Source: Eledone cirrhosa (lineage: Eukaryota). Taken from it: a stretch of 64,000 nucleotides of DNA. The DNA lies in the NCBI GenBank assembly GCA_964016885.1, contig OZ024742.1, positions 142,910,001 to 142,974,000 on the forward strand. The letters run 5' to 3'. The translations under genes and the position numbers were made by a program. The notes below the pieces were generated by a model. The model was not told the origin of the DNA. It did no database searches and was given only the letters and a program-made list of their open reading frames with translations. Of the stretch, positions 36,047 to 48,830 are shown piece after piece (within the stretch, counting starts at the first letter, position 1; each line of letters begins with the position of its first letter).

Positions 36047-36606
36047 GGACTGTCTGGCGGGTTTTCTACAGCTGGATGCCCTTCCTAACACCAACCACAT
36101 TTACAGTGTGGGGCTGGGAGGTTTTAACCGTGTTGCCTACATGGCCACATTACAGCGTGGACTGTCTGGAGGGTTTTCTACAGCTGGATGCCCTTCCTAA
36201 CACCAACCACATTTACAGTGTGGGGCTGGGAGGTTTTTACCGTGTTGCCTACATGGCCACATTACAGCGTGGACTGTCTGGAGGGTTTTCTACAGCTGGA
36301 TGCCCTTCCTAACACCAACCACATTTACAGTGTGGGGCTGGGAGGTTTTTACCGTGTTGCCTACATGGCCACATTACAGCGTGGACTGTCTGGCGGGTTT
36401 TCTACAGCTGGATGCCCTTCCTAACACCAACCACATTTACAGTGTGGGGCTGGGAGGTTTTTACCGTGTTGCCTACATGGCCACATTACAGCGTGGACTG
36501 TCTGGCGGGTTTTCTACAGCTGGATGCCCTTCCTAACACCAACCACATTTACAGTGTGGGGCTGGGAGCTTTTTACCGTGTTGCCTACACGGCCACATTA
36601 CAGCGT
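36047..36606. repeat. 112-bp tandem repeat, 5 units, in the RTE 3' UTR
   Basis: Unit begins ggactgtctgg..ggttttctacagctggatgcccttcctaacaccaacc; the 112-nt period is also visible in the ORF track (36188, 36300, 36412). Confidence 0.95.
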
Positions 36607-36772
36607 GGACTGTGTGTTTTTTGTCGTGACACCTACACGATCTCATTTGTTTCGGCCTGGATGTTGTGGCACCAACATAACTTTACATTGAAAGGGGCAG
36701 TGTGGATGGGGTGGGGGGTGGGTGTATTTTGTTAGAGATGCCTACTGACTGTAGTAGGTTTTTACTTTGTAT

Positions 36773-39166
36773 TTAGGTAAGGCGGGTCTTCTCTATTACT
36801 GAGTACCGCCAAAGGTCTCTGTCCAGTGACATTGTCTTGGAGAGGTGTAAGTGTGTGAGGTCGGAATTTATCAGCTCGTCCCAGGTTTTTCTGGGTCTGC
36901 CTACTCCGTGGCTACCATCTATCTTTATTGCCCTGCACTTTGTTATACAGCTGTCGTCTTTCATGCGTATCACGTGACCATACCAACGTAGCCTTCTCTC
37001 GAGTAAACAACATCTGATCCCTCTTATTTCTAATTTTTTCCTTAGTTCGTTTATGCTTTGCCGTTCACGTATATTACTATTACACATCCAGCGGAGCATG
37101 CAAGCTTCGTTCCTCTCTAGTCTGCGTATATCCTCTGCACACAATGCCCAGGTCTCACTGCCATGCAACATTGCTGTTCGTATGCAGGCATCATACAACC
37201 TGCCTTTCATTTTTAGGGAGAACCCTTTAGCGGCTAATAGTGGTATAAGCTCTCTGAACTTTTTCCATCCAGTTCTGACTCTAGCTACTGTACTTTCAGA
37301 GCACCCTCCCCCACTGCTGATTTTGTCACCCAGGTAACGGAAGCTGTCCACTATTTCTATCGAACCCTCTGCGCAATTGAAAGAGCTAGTATTTTGTGGG
37401 CACTTGCTGCTACTTATTGCACCAGAGCACCGGCCACATGTAAAATCTGTGTTCTTAGTTAGCTTACCTGTGATCCCACTACATCTTTTATGCACCCATA
37501 CTTTGCATTTGGGACATAAAATGGAGTTTCTACCTACGCCTTTCCTACACACTGAGCATGGCCATTTCCCGGTAGGGACCGCCGCCTTATTTTCTTTCCT
37601 ACAAACTAGAACTTTAGTCTTAGCCAGGTTAATTTTAAGGCCTTTTGATTCTAGGCCGTGCTTCCATGTTTGGAATTTCTTCTCTAGCTCGGCCATTGAT
37701 TCAGCTATCAGCGTTAGATCATCTGCGTATAGGAGTTCCCATGGGCAGCCGGTCTTGAACTCCTCTGTTATAGCCTGAAGGGCAATAATAAATAGTAGGG
37801 GGCTAAGAACAGAGCCCTGATGGACACCAACTTTTACGCTAAACTCTTCACTATATTCGTTGTTAATTCTAACCTTGCTGACTGTTTCTTTATACATGGC
37901 TTGTATAGCTCTCACAAGCCATTCGTCAACACCTAGTTTTCTAAGAGCCCACCAGATAATGAAACGGGGGACTCTGTCGAAGGCTTTCTCCAAGTCGACA
38001 AAAGCTAAGTATAGGGGTTTACTTTTAGCTAGGTACTTTTCCTGTAGTTGTCGTACAATGAAAAGAGCGTCTGTGGTACTTTTACCTGACACAAACCCGA
38101 ACTACATTTCATCTAGATCAATTCTCTCTCTGATTAGTTGCGCTATTACTTTTTCCGTGACCTTCATGACCTGGTCGATTAATTTAATGCCTCTATAGTT
38201 ACTCCTATCTAGGGCGTCTCCTTTACCCTTGTAACAGTTAACGATGATGCTGCTACGCCAGTCCTTCGGAACAACCCCATTCTGTATGACTTGGTTTACT
38301 ATCCGGGTGACCATGGTGTGTCGCACCGTTCCAGAGGCTTTCAGCATCTCAGCAACTATTTCCAAAGGCCCAGCCGCCTTACCCGTCTTCATATCTTTGA
38401 TTGCCTTACTTATTATACTACCTTCGACTAACACTGCTGGTCCCTCTATTGGGTCGATGTGGGGGAGACTGTCTTTCTCCCATTTATTTTCCTCATTTAG
38501 TAGCCTTTCGTAGTAACACTTCCAAGCTACCTTCTTATCAGTGTCAGTGATGGCAAGTACGCCATCATCGTTAAGTACACACTTCTCCCCGACAATATCA
38601 CGGTTTTCCTTGACACATTGCCTAGCAATCCTGAACACCTCACGTTGTAGAACATGCTTGAACTTTCTTTCCTCTGCTTCCCTTCTTGCGAAGTACACTT
38701 GTCTCCTAGCTTCCCTCCTGGCCACTTGATAGTCTTCTCTACTTCCCCCATCTCGCCATGCTTTCCAAGCCTGCTTTTTGGCCTTGATTGACCCCTCCAC
38801 CTTACTGTTCCACCACCATGTTACTCTCCTCCTGCCTACAGGCCTGCTCCAGCCACAGACTTCGTCTGCCGCCATCAGCAGGTTTGCTTTCAGGAATTCC
38901 CACTGTTCCTCTACCTTGTACGACTCTAATTGCTCTTCCTTACTGTCGAAAGCATCAAGTAATATGCTTTGAAATTTATTTCTGGCTGTGGGATCCTTTA
39001 GCTTCCATATTTTTCTCCTGAGGATAGTCCTCTTCTGCTGTCTAGTACGTCTCGTCCTGACTATGAGGTCGCTAATTATCAGTCTATGTTGGGAGGTGCA
39101 TTCTTCATGGGGGAGGGATTTAGTGTTTACAACAGACACTCTGTTACGTCTTCTGGTAAGGATATA
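36773..39166 (-). pseudogene. RTE reverse transcriptase ORF with one in-frame nonsense codon
   Basis: ORFs 38102-39139 and 36773-38092 are in the same frame, separated by DEM*FGFV (TAG at 38102-38104) where the paralogue at 43076-43624 reads DEMQFGF. Confidence 0.93.
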
Positions 39167-39692
39167 TATATATAGAAAGAGAGAGTTTGTGATGTCAACA
39201 CTTCCGGTGGCGATCGCTTAAATAAACATACTCATTTTCTCCTAATGCAGTTTATATATAATATCGTCTTTTTTTAATGTATCATGGATTACGTTACTGA
39301 TTACATAACAGTGTAACGCAGTCTTCGTTCAATTTCTGTGTATATTGTCAATTAGTCAATTACAATTTTATTTGATGTATCATATCTACATGTATATATA
39401 TACCTGAGTATATCAATATACACACTACACATGCTAGCAGAAAACCACCCGAAGGGTGGTTTTTCTGCTAGTATTTAAAATTATATAAGTTGATAAAACA
39501 ACAGTAACGCGTTCAGATATTTATTTAAAGCTCAAATGTGGTTTATTATATATCCAGAATAATGCGAGATATTTCAGAGGTGAATCCAGTTGATATACTT
39601 CCAGTCATCCCAGATTGAAATCACAGAGCATATATTAAAAAAAAAATAGCTGTTGAACTTGGTGACTCATTTCTTTGTTTTATATATATATA

Positions 39693-40490
39693 CAGGGTGT
39701 GGACGATATTTGTTTGCAATTTTCAACTGCTAATTTTATGCAAATTTTTTTAACTTCCGTTGTCACTCATGTCTTCATAAAAACAGTGACTATATTTCCA
39801 TTATTTATTTTCAGAATAATTGATTATGAATAATTTTGAACCTCCAAATTTGTGGAAGAGACAAGGAGTTCTTCTTGGAATCCACGCCGGGAGAACAAAT
39901 AAGACCAGAAGATCAACTCCCAGAACAACAGGTGGCTCGCTCTCTCGTCCAAAGAAATGCCCAGAGTCATGCAGACAAAGTTTCCAGCGACAACATTGGT
40001 CTTAGGTGTCGTCATGCCACCTCACTTCTTGTAGCTGCAGGTAGGCCGTACATGTGGCAGCAAGACTCAGCGCCCTGCCATACCAGCCGAAAGACCCAAG
40101 CTTGACTGTCAGAGAACTTCGTCGACCACACTTCACCTGACATCTGGCCTTCCAGCTCGCTTGACTGCAACCTCCTCGACTTCTTTGTGTGGGGCGCAGT
40201 GGAACGAGACACCAACAGATCTAGCTGCAATACGAAAGACGATCTGAAGGCCAGGATCACAAGTGCCTTTAGGGGGCTAAGTCGGGGGACAGTGACGAAG
40301 GCCTGTAGCCGGTTCTGAGGCCGCCTTGAGGCTGTCATCAAAGCCAATGGCGGGTTTATCGAGTGAGATCGAAAGAACAAGTCATGAAGACAAACTGACC
40401 CAAGTTTGATAAATAAATCTTAAAAAATAAAACTACTGTGTTATTTTTTCCTAGACACTAATCTTGCGAACAAATATCGTCCGCACCCTG
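39693..40490 (+). mobile_element. Tc1/mariner superfamily transposon, DD37D (maT) type, internally deleted
   Basis: TA|CAGGGTGTGGACGATATTTGTTTGCAA ... TTGCGAACAAATATCGTCCGCACCCTG|TA. Remnant WQQDSAPCH...WPSSSLDCNLLDFFVWG has 37 residues between the second and third Asp; in-frame stops present. Confidence 0.92.
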
Positions 40491-40511
40491 TATATATATA
40501 TATATGGATAG

Positions 40512-40786
40512 ATTGTAGTGTGTGAGAGAGGAGACTGCGATGGTATGGACATGTGATGCGCATGGAGGATGACAGATGGGTGAAGAAGTGCCAGGAAATG
40601 CCAGTTGAAGGAAGACGTGGTAGAAGTAGACAACAAAAAACATGGGCAGAGGTGGTGAGAGCAGACCTCAGATCGCTGAAGCACACAGTGGAGATGACGA
40701 AGGACCATGACAAGTGGAAAGATGCTGTGCTGAATAGGACTCGTCCCACCCTTGCAAGCAGGGAAAAGCGGACGTAAAATGATGAT
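40512..40786 (+). mobile_element. RTE LINE 3' fragment
   Basis: ERRLRWYGHVMRMEDDRWVKKC...KTWAEVVRADL; GAT tail. Confidence 0.85.
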
Positions 40787-40989
40787 ATATATATAGAGAT
40801 GAGAGTTTGGAGGGGGGGGGGGGAGCAAGTCCAACGTGGACAATGTGCATGGGATATTTAGCATGTGAGATGGGACATTAAGACTGTGGAGAGTGAATCA
40901 GGAGAGGTGAAGAGAAAATTGGTGCAGACTAAGTGTGTCTTCTACATGTTTTATTCATTCCTTTTGTGCACATGTGAAAGGAGGTGTCC

Positions 40990-41825
40990 AGCATGATGCC
41001 AGAGATCTTGCTCTTGTGTCATCTCCTTGGGCAAAGTCAGCTTTTATCACTTCATCCTAAACTTTTCGAGGTCTTACTCTTCCAGAGACTTTAAGTACCC
41101 TGCACCTTTTTATACAGCTGTCATCCTCCATATGGATAACATGCCCATACCACTGCAATCTTTTCTCCTGCACACAGTGCCCAAGTCTCACTTCCATGCA
41201 ACATTGCTATTCGTACACAAGCATCATACAATCTGTTTTTATTTTGAGAGAAAATCTTTTGTAGCCAGCAGTTGTAACTACCTGAAAATTTTTAAACCCT
41301 TTCTCACTCTTGCTACTGTACTCTCAGAACACCCACCTCCATTGCTAATTTGGTCACCCAGGTAACAGAAACTATCAACTACTTCAATGAAGCCCTCTGA
41401 GCATTTACAGAGGCTTGTTTCCTGTGAGTTCTTGCTGCTTACCACTCCAGTGCATCAACCACATATAAAACCTACCTTCTTAGCTAGCCTGCCAAAGATC
41501 CCACTACATCTCATATACCCATAGTTTGCATTTGGGAAATAGGATGGAATTACTACCCAATACTTTTCTGCAAACAGAGCAAGGCCATCTCCCTGAATAA
41601 ATCTGGGCCACATTTTCCTTTCTACTTACTAGGATTTTAGTCTTTGCTAAGTTGACTTAGCATCCATGTTTGGAATTTCTTCACTTATTCTGCCATAGAT
41701 TTGTCATATAGGAGTTCCCATGAGCAACCACTCTTAAATTCTTCCATTATAGCAGGCAGAATGATAAAAAGGAGAGGGATAAGAACAGAGCCCAAAGAAC
41801 TAAATTCTTCACTATAATCATTAAT
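40990..41825 (-). mobile_element. Degenerate RTE fragment
   Basis: Homologous to 36800-37860 (FCYLGDQISNGGGCSES, WPCSVCRK, WELLYD). Confidence 0.8.
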
Positions 41826-42559
41826 TTAAACATATACATACATATATACCCTTTCTTTGTCTTCTTCCGTCCTTCTATAGGTGCTGTTTGTTTTATCACA
41901 CATACATCATACCAGCAGAAAGGCTAATTTTTCTGTTGCATGATCCAGCATTTAAAAATAATATCTCAAATCGTGTAAAACCATTTTGCTGGTTTGAGAG
42001 CTGATGAGAGTGCAGGTGTGTGAACTTGTACATCACTTTTCTTTATATCCTTCTTCCAGTCACCTCTATGCACCAAACACTTCTTATCCTCCTCCTTTTT
42101 CAATCTTTTCTGTTTCATCTGCCTATCACTCACTTAATGGATTGTCTCTCTCTGTTGACCACTGGCCACTGGTTTGTCCTCTGAGGTATTTTTGACAGCA
42201 TTTAACTGTTTCAACAGTTGTTCTAGCAATGAGTTTTCTCATTTTTATATGAATATATAAATGTAATCTGAGTTTTTCGAATATTGATAATATTTGATTT
42301 GTTTGTAATTATGCAAACAGCCTCTTTAAAGCCATATCAGTAGAATGGCCCCGTCATTCTTACTCTTGTGTTGAGGGGTCATTCTACTGACATGGCTTTA
42401 AAGAGGCTGTTTAAATAATTGCAAACGAATCGAATATTATTATTATTAATAATAAAAAAACTCAGATTACATTTATTTAATTCAGCCATGTAGAATGATA
42501 AACTATTTGTTAGTTATATACATGCATATACACACATATATTTGTGTATATGCATATTT

Positions 42560-43895
42560 GTTTGATGAGCCCTTTTCAACACAGCATCTCTCCACTCGCC
42601 ACGTTCTTTTATCATCTTCTCTGTGAGTCTCAGCGATTTGTGATCAACCACTTCTATGGATCCTTCACATAATGGGAAATGACTTATATCACTGACACTC
42701 TTCCTGTCGATTACCCCAGTGCATATTCTATATACAAAGTCTTCCCTTCCTGTTAGTCTACCTGTTATCAAACTACATATCTTGTGCATCCAAAAATTAC
42801 ATTGTGTACATTGTATAGAATCTATGCCTACCTTTTTTTACATATTGAGCAGGGCCACTTCTCTAAAGGAATCAGGGTCCTGTCTTCTCTCCTACTTACT
42901 AGCACTTTATTTTTGGTTAAGTTTACTTCCAGCCCTTTTGATTCCAAATTCTGTTTCCATAGTCGGAACTTATTTTCTAGTTCTTTTATGGATTCAGCTA
43001 TAAGGACCAAATCATCTGCATAGAGAAGTTCCCATGTACAGCCAGTCTTAAACTCCTCTGTTATGGCTTGGAGAACTATGATGAACAGCAGTGAGTTGAG
43101 AACTGAACCCTGATGAACTCATACCTGTACCTAGAATTTTCCCCTAAACTCACTTTACCAGCAGCTCCTCTGTACATGGCTTGCATTGTTCTCACAAGCC
43201 ATTCTTCTACAGCTAATTTCCTTAAGGACCACCAGATAATACATGGAGGTACTCTGCCAATGGCCTTTTCTAGATCAACAAAAGCTAAATATAGCGGCTT
43301 GTTCCTGGCTAGGAACTTCTCTTGTAGTTGTCTCACAAAAAAGAAGGTATCTCTAGTACTTTTCCCAAGCATAAAACCAAACTGCATCTCGTCTAATTTG
43401 ACTCTTTCCCTAATTAGCTGTGCTATAACTCTTTCCGTCACTTTCATAACTTGGTCCATTAGTTTTATTCCTCTATAGTTGCTCCTTTCTAGAGCATCAC
43501 CTTTACCCTTGTAGCAATTTATGTTTATACTGCTGCGCTTGTCATTGGGTATGACTCCGTTCTGTATTACCTGATTGACTATGCAGGTTACTAGTTTGAC
43601 TCCTACTTCTAATGCTTTTAGCATTCAGCAACTATCTGACAGTCTTGCAGCTTTACCATTCGTCATCTCCTTGATTTCTTTTTTGACCCTATAACTGTCA
43701 ATTTCAATAGCTGGTCCTTATGTTGGGTAAGGTGGGGGTAGTCTCTCTTATGCCCATTCATCAGTCTCCCGTAACATTTCCAGGCCTTTGTCTTTAGGTG
43801 CACCAGTGTCATTTTTAACACACTTTGCCCCAACAACACCCTGATTCACACTGAAACACTGCCTTGCAATGTAGAAAACTTCATATCTCTGAAAG
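42560..43895 (-). mobile_element. Degenerate RTE fragment (RT core)
   Basis: NCYKGKGDALERSNYRGIKL, YLAFVDLEKA, WELLYADDL, WPCSICKK, with frameshifts. Confidence 0.9.
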
Positions 43896-43948
43896 GTTGA
43901 TATATGTGGGTGTGTATGTATATATATATAAGTATATATAAATATATG

Positions 43949-43994
<46 letters not shown>

Positions 43995-45071
43995 CATCAT
44001 CCTTTTACATCTGTTTTCTATGCTGGGATTGGCTGGGAAAGTTGGCATGATCCAAGACTAGATGAGTTGGTGGTGGGGATCAATCATGTCTTGCTCATAT
44101 ATTTCATCTTAGGCATCATTTCTACAGCTGGATACTCTTCCTAATACCAACCACTTTACAGAGTGTACTGAATGTTTTTTATCAAGGCACCAACACTATT
44201 TTTTTACAGTGTGTAAGAAGTACAGTTTATCATGGCATTAACACTAGAAAGGCTGTTGAGACCTCGATGGCAAAGTAAGGCTGTAATGGGAGAAGAAGTG
44301 TAATGTTTTTGTGGGAATGGCACTGTTGAGGAGGCAATGGCAGCTACACATATATTATGAAGAGATAGGGAGAGAGGAGGATGTTGTGGTAGGTGGTGGA
44401 TAGTGATGGAAATGGCTTTGACATCTAGTGATGGCTGGCTATTCATACAAAGTTGTGCTGCAGTGGAGGAATAAATTCATAAGATTACAGGCAAGGAAAA
44501 GAATTGGATATATATATAACGTGGTCATGTAGATGACACAACTAAATACACCCGGTCCACTCTGTGTTGGTGACACGATGAAAAGGTACCCATTCCAATC
44601 TGTCAGTTAGTTGTTATAGTGCCATGATAATAAGCACCTGGTCCACACTAAATGTGGTTGGCATTAGGAAGGGCATCCAGCCATAGAAACAAAGCCCCAA
44701 ACAGTTCTGCATGAGCAAGACATAGTCATCTGATCAACTCATCTAATTCATGCTAGTGTGGAAAATGGAAGTTAAATGGTGATGATGATAATTAAGCTTA
44801 TCTCTCTTTATGTGGGCAACATAAAACAATGAATAAGGGAGTGGGTGGATGAGCATTAGAGGGTGATGGGAGTCTGACAGAAATTATCTGAAAGAAGGTG
44901 AGTGTATATTTTCCCTTACATTTTCTGTTTACAAGCTTCCATATAAGGCATTGTTCAGCCCAAAATGTCACATAGTGGGCTGGAACACTAAATCAGATGG
45001 TTACTAAGCAAAAGTCGTAATCACACAACCATGGCATGTTTAATTTAGAAAATTCAAAAGGTAAAACTTAC

Positions 45072-45191
45072 AGGTTGTCTTGTGGTGCATTTGTTACATA
45101 CAATCTCTTGGACTAAAGACCTGTCCAAACAGTGATCTTCCACATCATCATGACATACACGGCATATATAGACCTTGTTGCAGCAAGGGGC
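45072..45191 (-). CDS. RCHY1: RCHY1 coding exon 2, CHY zinc finger
   Basis: ttgtAG acceptor; APCCNKVYICRVCHDDVEDHCLDRSLVQEIVCNKCTTRQP; GTAAGT donor; 120 nt. Confidence 0.96.
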
Positions 45192-47559
45192 CTACAATAA
45201 ACAAAAAAAAATACCACTGAGAGAGATGTATTATTGAAGCATTAATTAATTCTTAACATCCTATACCATATGAGACTACATTAGTAAGACATTCATACAA
45301 AGTACAAAACAGCTCTCTGACTATCACATTAAGAATTAAAGTTTTTAGATTACTACAAATTTCCACATTCTGTTCACTAGTGAAAATATAAAAATTTCAA
45401 TTACCAAACATTTTTTAGATATCCTCTGCTAAATCATTACAGAATTTTAAGAGTTAATTTAATCAAAATATACTCTTATCATCATCATCGTTTAACATCT
45501 GCTTTCTCTGCTAACAAGGGTTGGCCGGGTCTACATTGACCAAGTCAGGGGCTACTGACCTCCTAGATAGGCCGGGGGTGTCTGCATCTTACTTATGTAC
45601 AGTCTTACATTCTATTGCGTGCACAGGGGAGGTTGTCATGTCTTAGAAACAACTGAAGGGTCCTCCCAACCCTTTGTTTGACAGGCTGCTGCAGCTGGAT
45701 GCCTTTCCTATCACTTTAATTTAATTAAAACAAGTTGCTCAGCCTTAATATTTTTATTAGTATATTTCTAATGTAATATATTTCATTTTGGCAATCATTA
45801 ATATATACCATTTTTTTTTTCTGTAAAATAAATTTTTAAATCAGAACTTAGCAACTATAATTCTTGATTATTCTCAAAATTATTTGAAAATCATAAGAAG
45901 TGTTTTCATTAGAACTATGGTAATGAAAGAGTTAAATACCACAAGACATTTTATCTGATGCTCTAACGATTATGTCAATCCACTTCTCTCTTGATCAGAT
46001 TTGATAAACATATATCAAACAAGACGACGACAATGTATGGGTTTTTGTAGGGATAAACAAAATTTTTCAAAACAAAAAGTTGATAGTCTAATTCATTTTA
46101 GTTTCTGTGCATATTCTAAAATGGAGATTTGAACATAATTACACCTTCCGCAACCCCGTCCCTTAACTTCTAACCCCAAACTAAACCTGAAATCCTAAGC
46201 AATCAAACATAAATTGTATTAAATTTTATTGAACATTACTGCATGTATTTTAGCATATGTGCAAAAAAGCAAAATGAATTGAACTATCAATTATTTGTTC
46301 AATCTGGGATTGCTAGACACCTCCACTTTGAAGGACTTTCGTGGAACCTTCACAAAGTGGTTGGAGCACACAAGAAGTGCAATGAAATCAGAGGATCCTA
46401 CTCTGAAAGAGATTAGAGTTTTGTACTTCTTTGAAATTAGTAAGTGTCTCTCCTGGAGAAGTCTCAAAACTTCCTGAAGGCATCTTGTATATATATATAT
46501 ATATCATCATCCTTCTCATTTTCATGACCTTTTTTCCCAGCTAGCAAGGGTTTGTCAGGTCTGCGCAAACCAAGTCAGTACCCAAATGGGGCGACTGACC
46601 TCTCAGATGGGCTGGGGGTCTACATCCCATTTATATACGATCTTATGTTATACCAAGTGCATTTTATCATAACACTAGCAAGGTTGTTATGTCCTCGACA
46701 CAGCTGAAGGGGCCTATCAACCCTTTGTCAGGTTTTCTGTGACTGGATGACTTTCCTATCACTAATCACTTTACAGAGTAACCTTGATGTGCTTATCATG
46801 TAGATGACCAACACTAGAGACTTTGTCATCTCTTTGAAACAACTGAAGGGTCCTCTCGACCCTTTATTTGGCAAGCTTTCAATAACTGTTTGCCCTTCCT
46901 ATCACCAACTACTTTACAGCATGTACTGGATGCATTTATTGTTTTGATTACCAACACTGGCGAGGTTGTGTGCTGATGACACAACTGAAGGGGTCTTCTT
47001 GATCCTTTTTGGCATGGTTTTTACAGTGGAGTGCCCTTCCTATTGCCAACCACCTTAGAGGGTGTAAATTTTCGTAGCACTAGCACTAGAGAGATTGTTG
47101 GTCATTGTCTAAACTGAAGAGCCCTCACTGCCCTAGAGAGGGGGATAAGTATGATGTTATGGGTGTATAACAATGTAAGAGAAGAGTGATATCCGTTAGC
47201 GTAGAGGGGTCACCAGTGTCAGGTTTTTAGAAGGGGAATGTAGTGATATATACGTGTGTGTGTGTGCGTTGGTAGTAAGAGGTGACTAAAGTATTGGCGC
47301 AAGGAAGGGCATCCTGCCGTATAAAACAAAAAGGACCCGATGGCGAGTATTTAACATGAAATCCACAAGGCTAACTTCTAATTTAGCAAGGAAAACGGTT
47401 TTTAAATTCTTGTATCTATGATGGCAGTGCTCCAAAAAGGCCAAAGTCCGCAACTGGAATAGGTAAAAAAAAAATGTGTGTGTGTTTGTAAAGAAACTAC
47501 CAATAAACAATGTAATTTAAATAAATATTTGAGATATCTAATAATGAACTTAGTACAAT

Positions 47560-48830
47560 AATTGCAATCCGAATGGTAGTAAACTTTCGAATTAATATAT
47601 TTAATTAGTGGGTCAAAAGAAGAAAAAAAACAAATTTTAGTTAAAGCATTTGGACGTAGTCATAAAACAAACTACGCCCTAGTAAAACTTGAAAGGACAA
47701 CTTTATACATCTACAACTACCACGAATTTGACGAGTCTCATCTAACCAACTGGACATCGTTTATTACACGAATTTAGTTTCAAGTAATAAAATAGAAATA
47801 ATTTCTCTATAAATTTAAAATAAATTCAATCTCCGATGAAACGAGTCTTTTACCATGTATAGTGTCAAGTTGTACAAGTGATTTAACTTTCATGTAAAAA
47901 TGACTTCGATAGACAGAAAACTAATAGAAAATTTTGGGTATTTTGACAACAGATCTCGAAAAAGAAACCGAAAATATCTCGTTCGATGAACAGGATTCAT
48001 GACATTATTCTTTCGATATTTCATATTGAGATTTTTTAATTTAAACTTTTACGTTCGAGTTATAAAATCATATTATTTCACATTAATACTTAAACAAGTG
48101 ACGAAAGGAAAAAGACAAAAAGAAACATTGACAAGTGAGGTGAGGTTAAATAGAGGGGGTTATGGGTCCACAAATATAGTTATTTCAGCATACTAGTTTA
48201 GTGTCCCCACATCGCCGACTTTTTCTCATTAATCCCTTAGTAATGCATATTTTTTTAATGAAATCTTGCAAGATATGTTCATTAAATATTTTAAAAAAAA
48301 CACTTTTTTTCAAAATTCTTAGTTGTAAAAATGACATTACTTTCCTGTAGAAAATATCTGATATTATTCATTGTCAACATGATGAAAAAATTCATAGTTT
48401 GCGTTCAGCCTTACTACTTTGAAGTAGTCGAATGCTTTCAGTAATAATTGCATTAACGATCGAATACAATACTGAAAAAATTATGTTCCCTTCATTTCCA
48501 AGTAATCGTAATAAACGTATTTTCATTACTCAGTCGATAACTTACCACTAAAGAGCAATCTCGTTTGTAATGTGTACAACCATCTGCAACGCTGGCCATT
48601 TTGACAATAACAGACAGTGAAGAAACACCTGATTAGAAAAAAATCGTTGCAATTGGAATTTATATAATTATTTTTATTATCAAATAAATGCAGTCAATTA
48701 AAACATTTTTCAAACATATTGAAAAATATAATTAAATTATAATTATTCAAAAAATTTTCTAATATATTTATTGCAACATAAAAAAATTGTCGGTAACGCT
48801 CAGGGTCCTATGATGTCATTTCCTGTTAAT
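47560..48830 (-). promoter_or_regulatory. CpG-enriched promoter / first-exon region of RCHY1
   Basis: AT-rich but visibly richer in CpG than the flanking introns and largely repeat-free; surrounds the start codon (AAAATGGCC, YY1-like). TSS not located. Confidence 0.45.
48546..48599 (-). CDS. RCHY1: RCHY1 coding exon 1
   Basis: caaaATGG start; MASVADGCTHYKRDCSLV (CxHY motif of the CHY domain); GTAAGT donor; phase 0 matches exon 2. Confidence 0.95.

Larger units (their letters stand above)
35942..39166 (-). mobile_element. RTE-clade LINE, longest copy, 5'-truncated in the end of the APE endonuclease domain
   Basis: YILT...SQHRL (APE end), NYRGIKL, YLAFVDLEKAFDRV, GVHQGSVLSPLLF, LLYADDL, FRYLG; 3' UTR with five 112-bp repeats and (GAT)n tail. 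Confidence 0.97.

Noticed and set aside
47854-47893. Alternative RCHY1 first exon MKVKSLVQLDTIH
   Set aside because: Weak donor, phase 1 does not fit phase-0 exon 2, and it lacks the CxHY motif.
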